This document shows, piece by piece, positions 51,677-64,000 of a stretch of DNA of 64,000 nucleotides. The stretch comes from Lama glama (lineage: Eukaryota), in assembly GCA_028534125.1 (NCBI GenBank), contig CM052816.1, positions 52,268,001-52,332,000 of the forward strand, in the 5' to 3' direction. Position 1 is the stretch's first letter. Each line of letters opens with the position of its first letter. The notes beneath the pieces are model-generated. The model worked only from the letters and a program-made list of their open reading frames with translations, ran no database searches and was not told the origin of the DNA. The position numbers and the translations under genes were made by a program.

Positions 51677-52440
51677 TGTGGTTGACTAACTCCAAAGATG
51701 GCTGAGAACAATTCCTCCCATATGTACATACCTCTCTTCTCATCTTTTTCTCCTCCCCTTGAGCCTGGACTGGTTTTGTGACTTGTTTTGACCAACATAA
51801 AGTAGTGGAAGTAAAACTGTCATTTCTAGGCCAGTTTGTAAAAGGCCTGGCAGGTTCTGCTTTTATCCTCTTGAAAGCCAGCTACAAAGTAAAGAAGTTG
51901 AGGCAAGACTACTGAAGACTCAGAAGCCACATGGAAGAATGCTAAATCTTCCTGCCTGACAGACAGCAGTAAGGACATGACATGTGAGTGAGGACATTTT
52001 AGAATTTCCAGGCCCAGCTGAGCTCCCAGTGAAATGCTGCAACATGAGTGTCCCCAGCCTAAACCACATGGAACAGAAAAACCACTAGGTAACTCACAAA
52101 ATCATGAAAAATAATAAATCACTGTTAAACTAAGGCCACTAAGTATTGGGGGTAGTTTATTACTTAGCAATAGAAAACAAGCAGAAATAGTTACCTGGAA
52201 GTGGGGCACTGCCATAGGAAAGACCTGAAACATGTGACACTGGTTTTGGGATCTGATAGGTTCTAGAAAGGCAATGCTAATGGAAGTTGGAAGAGCAGTG
52301 AGGAAATTATTTTTACATAACACCGGCACTTGTAGCAACTGGTAGAAGATAGAGAGGGTACCTAATGAATATTTGGATTTGGCTAAGGAGGTTTCCAGGC
52401 AGAATGATGAAAGTGCCAATGGGCTTCTTTTAGTTGCTAA
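51677..52440 (+). mobile_element. MaLR LTR (MLT1F/G/H-like) with adjoining internal sequence
   Basis: LTR from TGTGGTTGACTAACTCCAAAGATGG to TTACTTAGCAATAGAAAACAAGCA (about 52183), followed by an MLT1-int-like start GAAATAGTTACCTGGAAGTGGGGCACTGCC. Confidence 0.7.
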
Positions 52441-54792
52441 AGAAGAGAGAGGTATGTAGGTGAGCTGCCCGGCCTCTCTCCCTGTCCTCCCATCAGGCCC
52501 TTTGGTAGAAAGAAGACTGCTGAAGGTCAGGGCATGCTTCTGCTTCGAGACTGCCTGGTCACCATCTCAGAGAGAGCCAGAGGAGGAAGTCGGCAGATCA
52601 GGATATATAGCACCCTCAGTACAGGAGCCCCAGCTTGTGACAAACGCCAGACAACAGAAAACAGTTTTGTTTTCTCTTACTTTCTGCACAAGAAAATCCC
52701 AAATGGTTGCTATTTATACTCAAAAGAAAACTGAAAGAAATATCTTTATTGAAGTGAAGTTAAATTTATCTCTCTTGCCTATACTGTTTAATGCTCTAAT
52801 GCAGACATTTATTAATTTTTATGAATACATTTAGTTAATGATGATAGTCACACTTTTCCTAAATATATTGCAAAGGCTTTTAAAATACCAGTTTTCATTC
52901 TCAGAGACTTAATGATATTTATTTTTTTAACCAGTATTTCTTTTAATAAACAGAAATGTTATAACAAAATTATATTAAATGTAATTACTTTTATAAACAA
53001 TTTTGACTATTTTAAGATCAGATATGTTGACAATGCAATGCCAAGTGGTGTTTGTACATTGTTCCTCCTGTACTTCATTTTTAAAAATCACTTTCTTGAA
53101 AATCCAATTTCATACGTTAATCAAAAGAGAAACAGCTCTATTAATAACAGCTACACTAAATTTAAATATTCTAGGAGAAATGAGATAAATCAATGAATAC
53201 ACATCTGCAGGAATCTGTTTTCCTTCCTTTAGACTAGGAAGAAATTGCAAGACTAGCCAGGGCTGAGAAAAGGGACTCAATGAAGAGTATCCTTCCAAAC
53301 TATAAAACTTAGGGCTCCGTTTGCCTAAGAGAAAGTGAAGAGGATACTATCTGAAAACTAAGTAACCTATGAAAAATTCCCAGATCAACATCAGACTGCC
53401 AGCAATTGGAAATAACTTCCATTAGTCACTTTAAAACAAGGTTAAAAGTAAAGTATCCATATTTAATTAGATTATTTCTAGGTATTAGACTTCTGCATAT
53501 ACTATAAAAAATTGTAACTTTTTAAGATTATTTCCAAATTTTTACTTATTGTTACACAGAAGTAAAATTTACTTTGTTTTGATTTTCTATTGTCAAAAAA
53601 AATTGAGATTGTCTAAATTAACCTAAGAATTACATTCATTTATCTTGTAGAATCTTGTTGGTTTTCAAGATACATAACCATACTGTCTATAAATAATAGT
53701 TGTATTTCTTTCTATCTTTTTTAATTTTTAAAAATTGATATATAATTCACATACAATAAAATCACCCTTTTAATGTGTACCATTCAATGGTTTTCAGGAT
53801 ATTCAGAAGGTTATGCAACCACCACCATAATCTAATTCCAGAAAAATTTGATCATCCCCAAAAGAAACCCTGTTCCCATTAGCATTTACTCCCTAGGCCG
53901 TGTTCCCATTAGCTCCTGGCAGCCACTAATCAATGACTTCCTGAAACACTGCTTTTGCTAAAATTTATTTATTAAATAATCACTGTGTAGTTATTATGTA
54001 CTAGGCACTGTTTTAGGTATTAGGGATTTGATATTAAATAAAATAAGGTTCTTACCTTTGAGGAGTAAAGAAAAGCAAATTAAAATAATATCTTTACAAT
54101 AAAAGAAATACATACTCAGATACATTATCCAGATACATAATTAAGCAGGATGCAAAAAAAGTGTAAATTTTTACAATAAAACGTGGAATTTCGAGGAATT
54201 CTTCCTGTTAAAACAGATCACTTCAAGCTATGCCCCAGCCCTTGGTGATATTCTCATTCTCCTCTGATTGCAGCCAACAAGGGTACAGGAAAAGGCTAAG
54301 AAACTTGCTACAGTGTTCACCTATGTATATGATTATAGATTAAGCTAGCAAACCAAAAGGCTTGCTTTCTAGCCTAGGCACAAATACTGTCCAAGGCATT
54401 ATAACTTAGTATTCAATGGCTTCAGCCATCCATTCAACTAATGCGTATTGAGATTCTCCTTAGTACACTGTGAAAGACACAAAACATGTATCACATACAA
54501 TCCTGATCTTAAAAATTTTACTTAAACCACTACAACATATAAGCAAATGTAACAATATATGAGAGTTTTAAAGAAAAAGGTAAATCACCTCTGAAAAATG
54601 AGAAAATTCTTCCATGATGAAAATTTGAACATTCTATTAATAAAATGATCTTTTATAAAAATATTTATGTCAACATAGAATTTACATTTGGATCATCTAA
54701 ATCTCTGGTACCTGCAAATATGATGAGATATTTTTAAAAAGAGTTGAATTCATCCATTATGTAATGTAAATACAAGTTAACTGCTGACTCAC

Positions 54793-54918
54793 TTTTCAGT
54801 GCCTCATTCACTTGTACCTTGTGGTTAGCTGCATGATACCAGATGATCTGGGCGCCATCTTCTGCTGTGATCTGGTTATTTCTCATAAAATATTCTAGTA
54901 TATTTTCACTCCAAGATC
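54793..54918 (-). CDS. FAM151B: FAM151B coding exon 2 (GSWSENILEYFMRNNQITAEDGAQIIWYHAANHKVQVNEALK)
   Basis: 126 nt, TAG acceptor and GTGAGT donor. Translation matches the FAM151 family N-terminus including WYHAANH. Confidence 0.95.
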
Positions 54919-57099
54919 CTAAAATAACAGCATTTATATTAAAAAAATTGTTTTTTATGGAGTAAAAATTTTTTTCAATAAAAAACAGTACAACATATAT
55001 TGAGAGAGAATAATAAAGTAATAAAACTGGGGAAAAGATAAGATTTTAAACAAGTATTATTAAGTGGCAAGTATAAAAAATATATATTTACATATAAATA
55101 TGCTACATAAGATGTAAATAATAATTAGTAAACATATAGGATAGTCTGAGCCTCAGAAGCATGAGGAAATATGTAGGAGGGAAAAAAACTGGTAAGAAGC
55201 AGATATTTTAAAGGAGGTATTTTCACATTATCTTTTCCAATCCTGGCACCATAAATAAGTAAACTGTATATAAAGCCAAAGCCACACTAAAAACTTCTAA
55301 ATTTTGTAGAATTTAATTATTTTCTCCATCTGAGGCTCCATTCTATATTTATATTAACAATTTAGAATCTTAAATTACACATTTAACCATATTCACCTTC
55401 AGATTATGAGTCTAAGCAACATTTACACAAGTGACTAAACTCCTGAGTTAGTATTTATAGATGTATCTAGCATGTACAAATACACATACATCCCACATCT
55501 ATCGACTACTCCAGTTTACGGCAGACCAGATTTTCTCTTAATTAGTAATTAAAATGTGAGTTAACCAAAACTAAAATACTTGAATCAAGTCTACTCCATT
55601 TTATGCCATATTCCAATACACCAGGGAGAAAAGGCTCAAAAACAGTGAAAAGTTATTTAAAATCCTACCTCCCCAATTCTTGTTCATTCATTTAAACATT
55701 TAAGTGTCTACCAAGTGACTGCAAATTTCCTATGCATTAGATTCTGTCTTCTGGTAGTTATTTATTAACTCCTCCTAATGATAGTTAAAAACCTAAAAAT
55801 GGCCGTTAAGAAACTGCTGATGACATTGAGAAAAAGTAAAATTTGATTAGAGAATGAAGGAGCATATAAACATAACTTCAAACAAACATGCATGGAACTT
55901 AGCAACCACTCTGTATATTGGGCTAGAGAATAAAGAGAGAGCTGTAATGTCCACTATCCCCCAAGCAGTCTCCTGACCTTACAAATGCAGATGAAAATAC
56001 AGGGTCATCATTTTTTAAATGTTTTATTTAAGCATTTTTAAAAAGCATATTAATTATTGGCTAAAACAGTTATGTCCAACAATAGGAAATAATTAAATCA
56101 CAGTATATCCTCATGATAAAATATGTAGTTGATGTCGCTGTTAAAATGAAAAGTTTTTGAGATACACCAAAAGTCTCACAGAGATGGTAATCATGCATGC
56201 TACCAGGATAAAAAAAAGTTAGTTAATAGTGCGTATGGGATGTTACCTTCAACTAAACACATTGCATTCAAAATTTTTATAAGGGTAACTTACAGATTAA
56301 TAATATCATGATTCTAGAAAGTAAAAACATTTGAAGTAAAAAGTTTTCCTTGTCCTGTTAATGAGTGAATCTTCTACCTTACACCTAGTCACAACTATAT
56401 ATATATTTTTATATATACAGAATTTAAGACTCCAATTATCTATAATCTAGGATATTATTTCTATTTTAAGTAAACTGTTAGTCTGAAAATAGGGCCAAAA
56501 GAAAAGCAGAATTACTCACAATTTTTTAAAATTAAGACTTTTGGGGGGGGCAGTTTTAGGTTTACAGGAAAAAAAAACTGAGCAAAATGTATAGAGTGCC
56601 CATATGTGACCTCCCCCAATTTTTACATCTTTTTGTGGTGATGAAATTGTTCTGAAAGTGATTGTGGCAATGGTTACGCAACTCTGAATATACTAAAAAC
56701 CACTGAATTATATACTTTAAATGACTGAGCTGCATGGTACGCAAATTATATCTCAATAAAAATTTAAAAGAAAAAGTTTTTTAAAAAGAAAAATTTCTAC
56801 CCTTTGACACAGAAATTCCATTTTCATAAACTTATCCCACAGACAGATCTGCTTACATGTGGTAAATGACACATGTGATACAAGGATATTTATTGCAGCA
56901 GTGTTTGTAATAGAAAAAGAGTGAAAATAACCTAAATATTCATCAACAGTGGATTTGCTACATAAATTATGGTAATCTATGCAATGGAACATTATGCAGC
57001 CATTAGAAAGAATGAGGTAAATCCATTATGTACGGTAATCTCAAAGGTATGTTAGGCGGAAAAAAAAAAAGCAAGGTGGAGAACAATATGTATAGGTAC

Positions 57100-57590
57100 T
57101 GTAGTAAGAAGAATAATGATTAACTACACCAGGATGTCCATATACTAATTTGGGGAAACTGTGACTATGTTACGTTACATAACAAGGGAGAATTAAGGTT
57201 ACAGATGGAATTAAGGTTGCTAATCAGTTGATTCTGAAGTAGGAAGAGTATCTTGAACTATCCAAGTGAGCCTAATTTAATCAAATTAAGGATCTTATAA
57301 AATCCTTACAAGTGAAAGCGGAAGGCAGGGGAGTCAGTTTCAGAGTGATGCAATGTGAGAAAGAGTTGACCAGCAACTGCTAGCTTTGAAAATGGAGGAA
57401 GAGACCATGAGCCAAGGAACTCAGGCAGTCTCTAGAGGGTGGCAAAAGGCAAGAACACTGATTCTCCCTTGAGCCTCCAGAAGGAATGCAGCCATGCTGA
57501 CACTAATTTTAGCCCAGTGAGACTCATTTCAAATTTCTGGCCTTCAGAAGGACACAATAATAAATTTGTGTTGCTCTAAGTCACTAAAAA
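57100..57590 (+). mobile_element. MaLR solo LTR (MLT1D-like) nested in an old L1 3' end
   Basis: GATGGAATTAAGGTTGCTAATCAG...GAGCCAAGGAA...CCTCCAGAAGGAATGCAGCC...TTTTAGCCCAGTGAGAC. Confidence 0.85.
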
Positions 57591-58189
57591 CTAGTACCTC
57601 TAAAAAACTAGTTTGTATGTTAAAAAAAAAAAGTGTAAAACACAACAAAAGACAACATAGTATACAGTGGCATGTATACTATGATCTCAATTATATTTTC
57701 TTGAAAGTCAGAATAGTTAGAAAATATACCCATAAGTTGCTAGTGGTGCCTCTTGAATATTAGCACTATGTAAATTTTCTCCCTACTTCAATATACTTCA
57801 TCAATGTTCTATAATGAGCATTTATTATATTTACAATCAGGAAAACATTTAAACTGAAAAAAAAAGAATATTATCACAACTATCTGATGTGACTACTTAT
57901 GTTTATGTAAAAGAAATTGTAACCTTCTGGAGTATAACTGCTTGGCTTAAAACACCTCTAACTCTGGGGTTAAACAATAGACACAATTACCAGCCTCCCA
58001 AGGTTGTAAAACCAAAAGCTGGAAAAATGCTTGGCCACATTTCTTTGTCTGCATTTCCTACTCTCACCCAATTCCCAAAGAGGAATAAGACTGATCAAAC
58101 TATTCCTCATTTCATCTGTTGAAATTATGGGTCAGGTAAACGTCACATTTCTTCTATTTCAACCAAGATCTCAAAAAGCAATACTCCTC

Positions 58190-60342
58190 CCTCCTCACAG
58201 TCCTTTTCAATATCACACCAGAAGTGCTAGCTAATGCACTAAGACAACAAAAAGAAATAAAAAGTATACAAATTGGAAAGAAGAAATAAAACTGCTTTGT
58301 TCACAGAGGACATGGCTATCTCTGTAGAGCAGCCAAAAGAATCAACACAAAAACTCCTGAATTAATAAGCAATTACAGCAAGGTTGAAGGATTCAAAGTT
58401 AATACACAAGAGTCAATTGCTTTCCTATTGACCAGCAAAGAACAAGTGGCATTTGAAATAAAAACACAATACCATTTACATTAGCACCCACTAAACAAAA
58501 ATACATAGGTGTAAATCTAACAAAATATGAGAAAAACTACTCTGATGAATGAAATCAAAAGAGAATTAAATAAATGGAGATATTTTCCATGTTCATGGAT
58601 AGGAAGAACTAATATTGTCAAGATGTCAGTTCTTCCCAACTTGTTCTATAGATTCAAGCAATCCCAATCAAAATCCCATGAAGTTATTTTGTGAATATCG
58701 AGCAACTGATTCTAAAGTTTAAGTGGAGGTCAAAAACCCCAGAAGAGCCAACATAATATTGAAGGAGAATAACAAAGTTATGACTCTATCCAACATCAAG
58801 ACTTACTAAAAGGCTACAGTAATCAAGACAGTGTGGTACTGGTGAAAGAAAAACAAATAGATCAATGGAACAGAACAGAAAGCCCAGAAATAGATGTGCA
58901 TAAATAGAGTCAACTGATCGTTGATAAAGGAACAAGGCAGTCTTTTCAATAAATGGTGCTGGAAAAAGTGGACCTTCACATGCAAAAAAATGAATCTAGA
59001 CATAGACCTTACACCCTTCATAAAAATTAACTCAAGATGGATCACAGACCTAAGCATAAAATGCAAAACTATAAAACTCCTAGAAGATAATATAGGAAAA
59101 AACCAAGATGACCTTGGGTATGGCAATGACTTTTTAGATACAATACCAAAGATAACCACCCATGAGAGAAATAATGGAGAAGCTGAACTTCATTAAAATG
59201 AAAAACTGCTCTGTGAAAGACAATCTTGAGAAAATGAGAACACAAGCCACAGACTGGGAAAATTTATAATTGCCAAAACTTTGAAAAAGACACCTATGAT
59301 AAAGGACTATTATCCTAAATATAGAAAGAACCCTTAAAATTCAATAATGAGAAAACAAATCTATTACAAAATGGGCCAAAGACCTTAACAGACATCTCAC
59401 CAAAGAGGACAGACAGACGTCAAGTTTATGAAATGGTGCGTCACATAACATGTAATCAGAGAAACACAAATTAAAAAGAGGTACAACTGCACACCTATCA
59501 GGATGACCAAATTCCGGAATGCTGATACACCAAATACGGATGAGGATGTGAAGTAACAGGAGTCGTGATTCATTGCTGGTGGGAATGCACAATGGTACAG
59601 CCATTTTAAAAGAGAGCTTGGCAGTTTTTTTACAAAACTAAACATATTCCTATCATACAATCCAGCAATCACTACTTGATATTTACCCAAAGGAGTTGAA
59701 AACTTATGTCCATACAAACCCCCGCACACTGATGTTTATATGAGTTTTATTTATAACTGTCAAAACTTGGAAGCAACCAAGATATTTTTCAGCAGGTGAA
59801 TGAATAAACTATGGTGCACCCAGATAACAGAATATTATTGTGCGCTAAAAAGGAATGAGCTCTCAAGCCATGAACAGACATGGGAAAACTTTAAACACAT
59901 GTTACTAAATGAAAAAAAAAAAAGCCAATCTGAAAAGGCAACATACTGTATGATTCCAACTGTATGACATTCTGTAAAAGACAAAACTATGGAGTCAGTG
60001 AAAAGATCAGTAGCTGTCAGGGGTTAGGGGGCAGAGGATAAGCACAAAGGCTTTTTAGGACAGTGAAATTATTTTGTATGACACTCTACCATGCATACAT
60101 GTCATTCATACTATATTTGTCTAAACCCATCGCCGATACAGCACCAAGTGTGAACCCTACTGTAAAGTATTGACTTTGGGTGATAATGATGCATCAATGT
60201 AGGCTCACGGGTAACAAAAGTACCACCCTGGTGAGGGATGTTGATAATGGGGAAGCTATGTGTATGTCAGGTAGGGGGCATATGGAGACTCCCCATGTCT
60301 TTCGTTCACTATTCCTATGAACCTAAAACTGCTTTTTAAAAA
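58190..60342 (+). mobile_element. About 2.1 kb 5'-truncated L1 (L1MC-like), antisense in FAM151B intron 1
   Basis: Degenerate ORF2 3' half (SLFNKWCWKKW..CKKMNLD..LTPFIKINSRWITDL) plus 3'UTR ending CCTAAAACTGCTTTTTAAAAAA. Confidence 0.92.
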
Positions 60343-60399
60343 ATGCCTTTACAAAACAGCACAGTATTCTTGATATTCTTGGCTGCCCCAAAAGCTTTC

Positions 60400-60970
60400 C
60401 CCTTAACGCCCACGCCGGGAACCAAGGCTCTAGGCCAATTGATAGTGGGCGCACGATGAGAATGCGGACCACGAGATCCGAAAAAGGGAGGAGTGTCTCC
60501 AAAAGTTTCCCAAAGGGCCCCAACTATGGGCAATGGGAGGGAGAAAATGCCAACTGCAAGCCAATCACGTGGAGCTCGGTCTGGGACCGGGAGCCACGGG
60601 ACTGGCGCTTACCAGGGCTCGCGGCGGTCGCTGTCATCGTGATGGACAGCCGCAGTCCACGCAGGCGCCGAGCGGTGGGCGCCGCCGCTGACTCGTCACA
60701 AGTGGCAAGAAAATCCGACTCTATAAACTACAGGAAGCCGACCGAAAAGCTGCCTCCGGCGGCCGCCTGGGAGGAGCCTTGGACGCGGAGGCGGAAGGGG
60801 CCTAGAGCGGCGCGCACGCGCAGAGGCTGCGCTCGAGTTTCGCTTGCGCGCGGGATTCCGGGCTGGTGTTCGCGTCCAAGTGTCGCGCGAGTTGCTCTTC
60901 AGAAAGGCAGTCAGGAAACGGGTCGTTCTGAAGAGCTCCGCGTCAGGGAAGACTGAAGGAGAGCCGAGGC
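60400..60970. promoter_or_regulatory. FAM151B: CpG island / FAM151B promoter and exon 1
   Basis: Dense CpG cluster spanning the FAM151B start codon. Contains GCGC-rich NRF1-like elements (about 60810-60852), CCAAT boxes (60435, 60561) and a CACGTG E-box (60566-60571). Confidence 0.88.
60613..60637 (-). CDS. FAM151B: FAM151B coding exon 1 (MTATAASP-G)
   Basis: ATG at 60637 within a CpG island, 25 nt, then donor G|GTAAG. Phase 1 matches exon 2. Confidence 0.85.
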
Positions 60971-61554
60971 CCCATGGTTGAAAGCAGTTGCTGTTGTGGG
61001 GTACGAATTTCCAAAGTTGGATGTGTTTTCTTTTTTTGATATTGGTAACATCCTGCAAAATGACGTGAAATCATTTTTCCGTAAAAAGGAGTATTTCAGC
61101 ACAAGGAGACTGAAGTGATAACTTGAAGTTTTCTGTTTCCCTCTTTCTCACTCAGAAGCACTTAGCAATTGGATCCTCCCAGCCACCGCCTTCTTTGCCC
61201 TCCATAACTACTTTCCACAGCCAAGCTGGGGCTGGAAAAAGCGTCAGTAGAGGCAGACTGATCTGAGTTAGCAACATGGCACTGCCTTTTTCTGGTTCTG
61301 TAACTCCAATACAGCTCAGTCTGTCACTTTGTAAAGTGAGAGTACATCACCTGACACAAACCTCAAATGGCAGCCCTTCTCGCCCAGCTCTTCAGATTTT
61401 AATATATTTCTTTCTAGACTTGAATTGTAATTATTTGAGTCTGTCTTCAGTCAGGCTTTGGTCTTATCTGGATTTTTTCTAGCTCAATCAAAAAGATTTT
61501 TGGAGTTTTAGAAAACACTAAACTTAAATAACTCAACTGACCTTAAAAGAATTT

Positions 61555-62530
61555 TTCTTGAGGTATACAGTTGATTGGCTTGTATTTGATCTGCATTTCC
61601 TTATGATAAAAAATGTTATACATTTAAACTATACACTTAAGTGTAATTGTAGGCTTGTGCACCTGGCACCATGATCAACTTTAGAATATTTTCATCACTC
61701 AAAGCAGTCGCTCCCCATTTCCTTCCCAACTTTAGGAACCACTTTCTGTCTCTATGGATTTACCTATTCTTGATATTTCAGATCAATGGAATTATACAAC
61801 ATGTAGTGTTTTGTGTCTGGCTCCTTACCATAATGTTCAAGGTTCATCCATATTGTGTCATATTTATTCTTTCTTCTGGACAAATAAAATTCTGTTACTT
61901 GCATATACCACATTTTATTTGTCCATTCATCAGTTAATGCATGGATTGTTGCATAGTTTCCACTTTTTGGCTGCTAATGAATAATGCTGCTATAAACATT
62001 CATGTACAAAATCTGTATAGAAGTATGTGGATGTATTTCTCTTGGGTATATAGGAGTGAAATTGCTGGTTCACATGGTAACTGTTTAACTTTTTGAGGAA
62101 CTGCCAAACAGTTTTGCAAAGCAGCTATGTACCATTTTATATTGCCACCAGTAGTATATGAGGGTTCCAATTTCTCCACATCCTCAGCAACACTTGTTAT
62201 TATCCATTTGTTGGTGTGTTTTAAATGATAGCATCCAAATTAACATGAAGTAACATCTCATTGTAGTCTGTATATCCCTAGTGACTAGTAATTTTGAGCA
62301 TATTTTCAAGTGCTTATTGGCTTTTTATATATTTTCCTTGAATAAATGTCTATTCACATTATTTGCACATTTTTAATTGGGTTATTTGTGGAAGTTTTGT
62401 TGAATTGTAAAAATTCTTTATAAAGTGTGACTAAAGTCCCTTTAGGATATCTGATTTACCAGTATTTTCTCCCGTTTTGCAGGTTGTCTTTTCACTTTCC
62501 AGATGGTATCAGTTGCAGTATGAAGGTTTT
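61555..62530 (-). mobile_element. L1 (L1MB-like) 3' fragment upstream of FAM151B
   Basis: Reverse L1 3' motifs TTTTGAGGAACTGCCAAAC and GAGGGTTCCAATTTCTCCACATCCTC. Confidence 0.85.
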
Positions 62531-64000
62531 TATGGCCTGTTGATCACCATATTAGGTCAGTATTTTCGTGGATTTTACAGTAACTGGTGCAATGAAAATT
62601 ACCCTTCACTGTTCATTTTTTAGAGCCACGTAGTGGAATATGTAGCATGAAATACTGTCTGAGATTTGCTTGAAAAAAATCAAAGGGAAAAAAAAGCAAA
62701 GAAATCAAGGGATAGATAAAGCAAAAGTAGAAAATCTTGATAATTGTTGAATTTGAGGATTGTTGTAAGAAGGGTACGTGGAGTTTCATTATACTATTTT
62801 CTCTACTTCTGAGTGTTTGGAAAATTTTATGGCAAATATGTGTCTGATTACTTTTTTTTTGCACAAAGGAAGAGTTTCATGTGTTAAGGGTATATGGTAC
62901 ATTGAAGAAAGAATAGAAGATGAAGAGCCTTATGAGGATTAGAGTTTGAAAAATGGGCATTGCTCTGACAGTTTGGAACTGCTTTTGATGACATATATAA
63001 GTAGGAATAAATGGTATAATATTGCTTCTGATTAACCCAATTGGGGTAGAGGTGGTAAGATTATGTGTATTAGAGGAGTGGAATAAGATGAGGTCATCTG
63101 TGGAAATATGACCTTCGATTCAGTGTACACTCTTGAATAAGAGTGTAGCTGGCCTTGGAATTTACTTTAGACTCAGCACTTAAATATATATGTATATTTA
63201 TAAATATTAATTTATATTCAATATTCTATATATATATATATAATATATATATCTATCTTATAGTTTTCTGGCCTCTATTTTCTTATTGACAAGTTTTCTG
63301 CTAGCCCAACTGCTAATTCTCCTAATTTTTACTCTCTGGTTGCCTTAGATTTTTTTTTTAAATATGCCTACATGGGTAGCTTCCACTTACTTTGATCCTT
63401 GTCTTGGATTTATTCTGCAGTTCAGCAGACATTTTTCTACCAGAAGATGCTTAAATGTCATCTGCCAAATTGGGATTCTCTGCAATATAATTTAGTGCCA
63501 AAACCAGGGATCCTATTAATTATAAATTCCCTAAGTTGTGATTAAAAATGAACAAAAAACTAATGTAATTCAATGAATTTTTAATGGCCCTCAGGCTTGA
63601 AGTTAGTCAAAGTGTTTTTGAGAATTGGGAATTTAAATATTTTATATCTCAGTTCCTTTAGCTGCTTTAAGTTTTTCTTTTTTAATTTAACAAATATATC
63701 AGGCATTATTGTCACTCACCCAGTTAGCTGTGTTTACTTACAGGGCTGAGTGAATCATGAAAACACAGATTCATGGGATTAAAAATGAGTCTTAGTCATC
63801 ATCTAGAATATGCACATTGGGTGTATTGAAAAGGGCGTTGGTCAGAATGAGACTTGGGCTAGTTTCAATTATGAGACCTCTAACTTTATAAGTAGTTCCT
63901 AAAACTAGGGCTTCATTTTCTTCATTAGTAAAAGGAGGGACATTGGATTAGATGAACTTTATACTTTCTTCCTTTTCTGAAATTATAAGAAGAATCATCA

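Noticed and set aside
60456..61058. 166-aa plus-strand and 120-aa minus-strand ORFs at the FAM151B promoter
   Set aside because: Same GC-rich artefact. The real coding part is the 25-nt exon 1, fixed by splice phase and family homology.
62900..64000. Possible 3' end of the expected syntenic neighbour ZFYVE16
   Set aside because: Expected only from recalled synteny. No coding exon or diagnostic sequence is visible in this window.
1..64000. Prokaryote-style systems (CRISPR arrays, operons, defence islands) or a wholly new gene
   Set aside because: The sequence is mammalian with spliceosomal introns and typical interspersed repeats. No regular repeat-spacer array and no unexplained long ORF outside CpG islands was seen.

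Overview
Mammalian genomic DNA, most likely camelid (alpaca/llama/camel) judging by five copies of a tRNA-derived SINE resembling the camelid Vic-1 family. Two intact protein-coding genes lie tail-to-tail. ANKRD34B (+) has a CpG-island promoter at about 18.2-19.7 kb, several predicted non-coding exons and a single coding exon (28295-29839, 514 aa). FAM151B (-) has six coding exons from 60637 down to 34832 that splice in frame to 831 nt (276 aa). The rest is introns and intergenic DNA filled with L1, L2, MIR, MaLR (MLT1) and hAT fossils. Repeat family names and boundaries are by eye and approximate. I found no new gene system, CRISPR array or RNA gene. The best leads are: an inverted SINE pair, a UG repeat and a weak acceptor around FAM151B exon 5; an internal L1 RT fragment flanked by a perfect 21-bp duplication at a hairpin; a uORF-rich spliced leader for ANKRD34B; a strong Z-DNA candidate; and a small unidentified retroposed insert.
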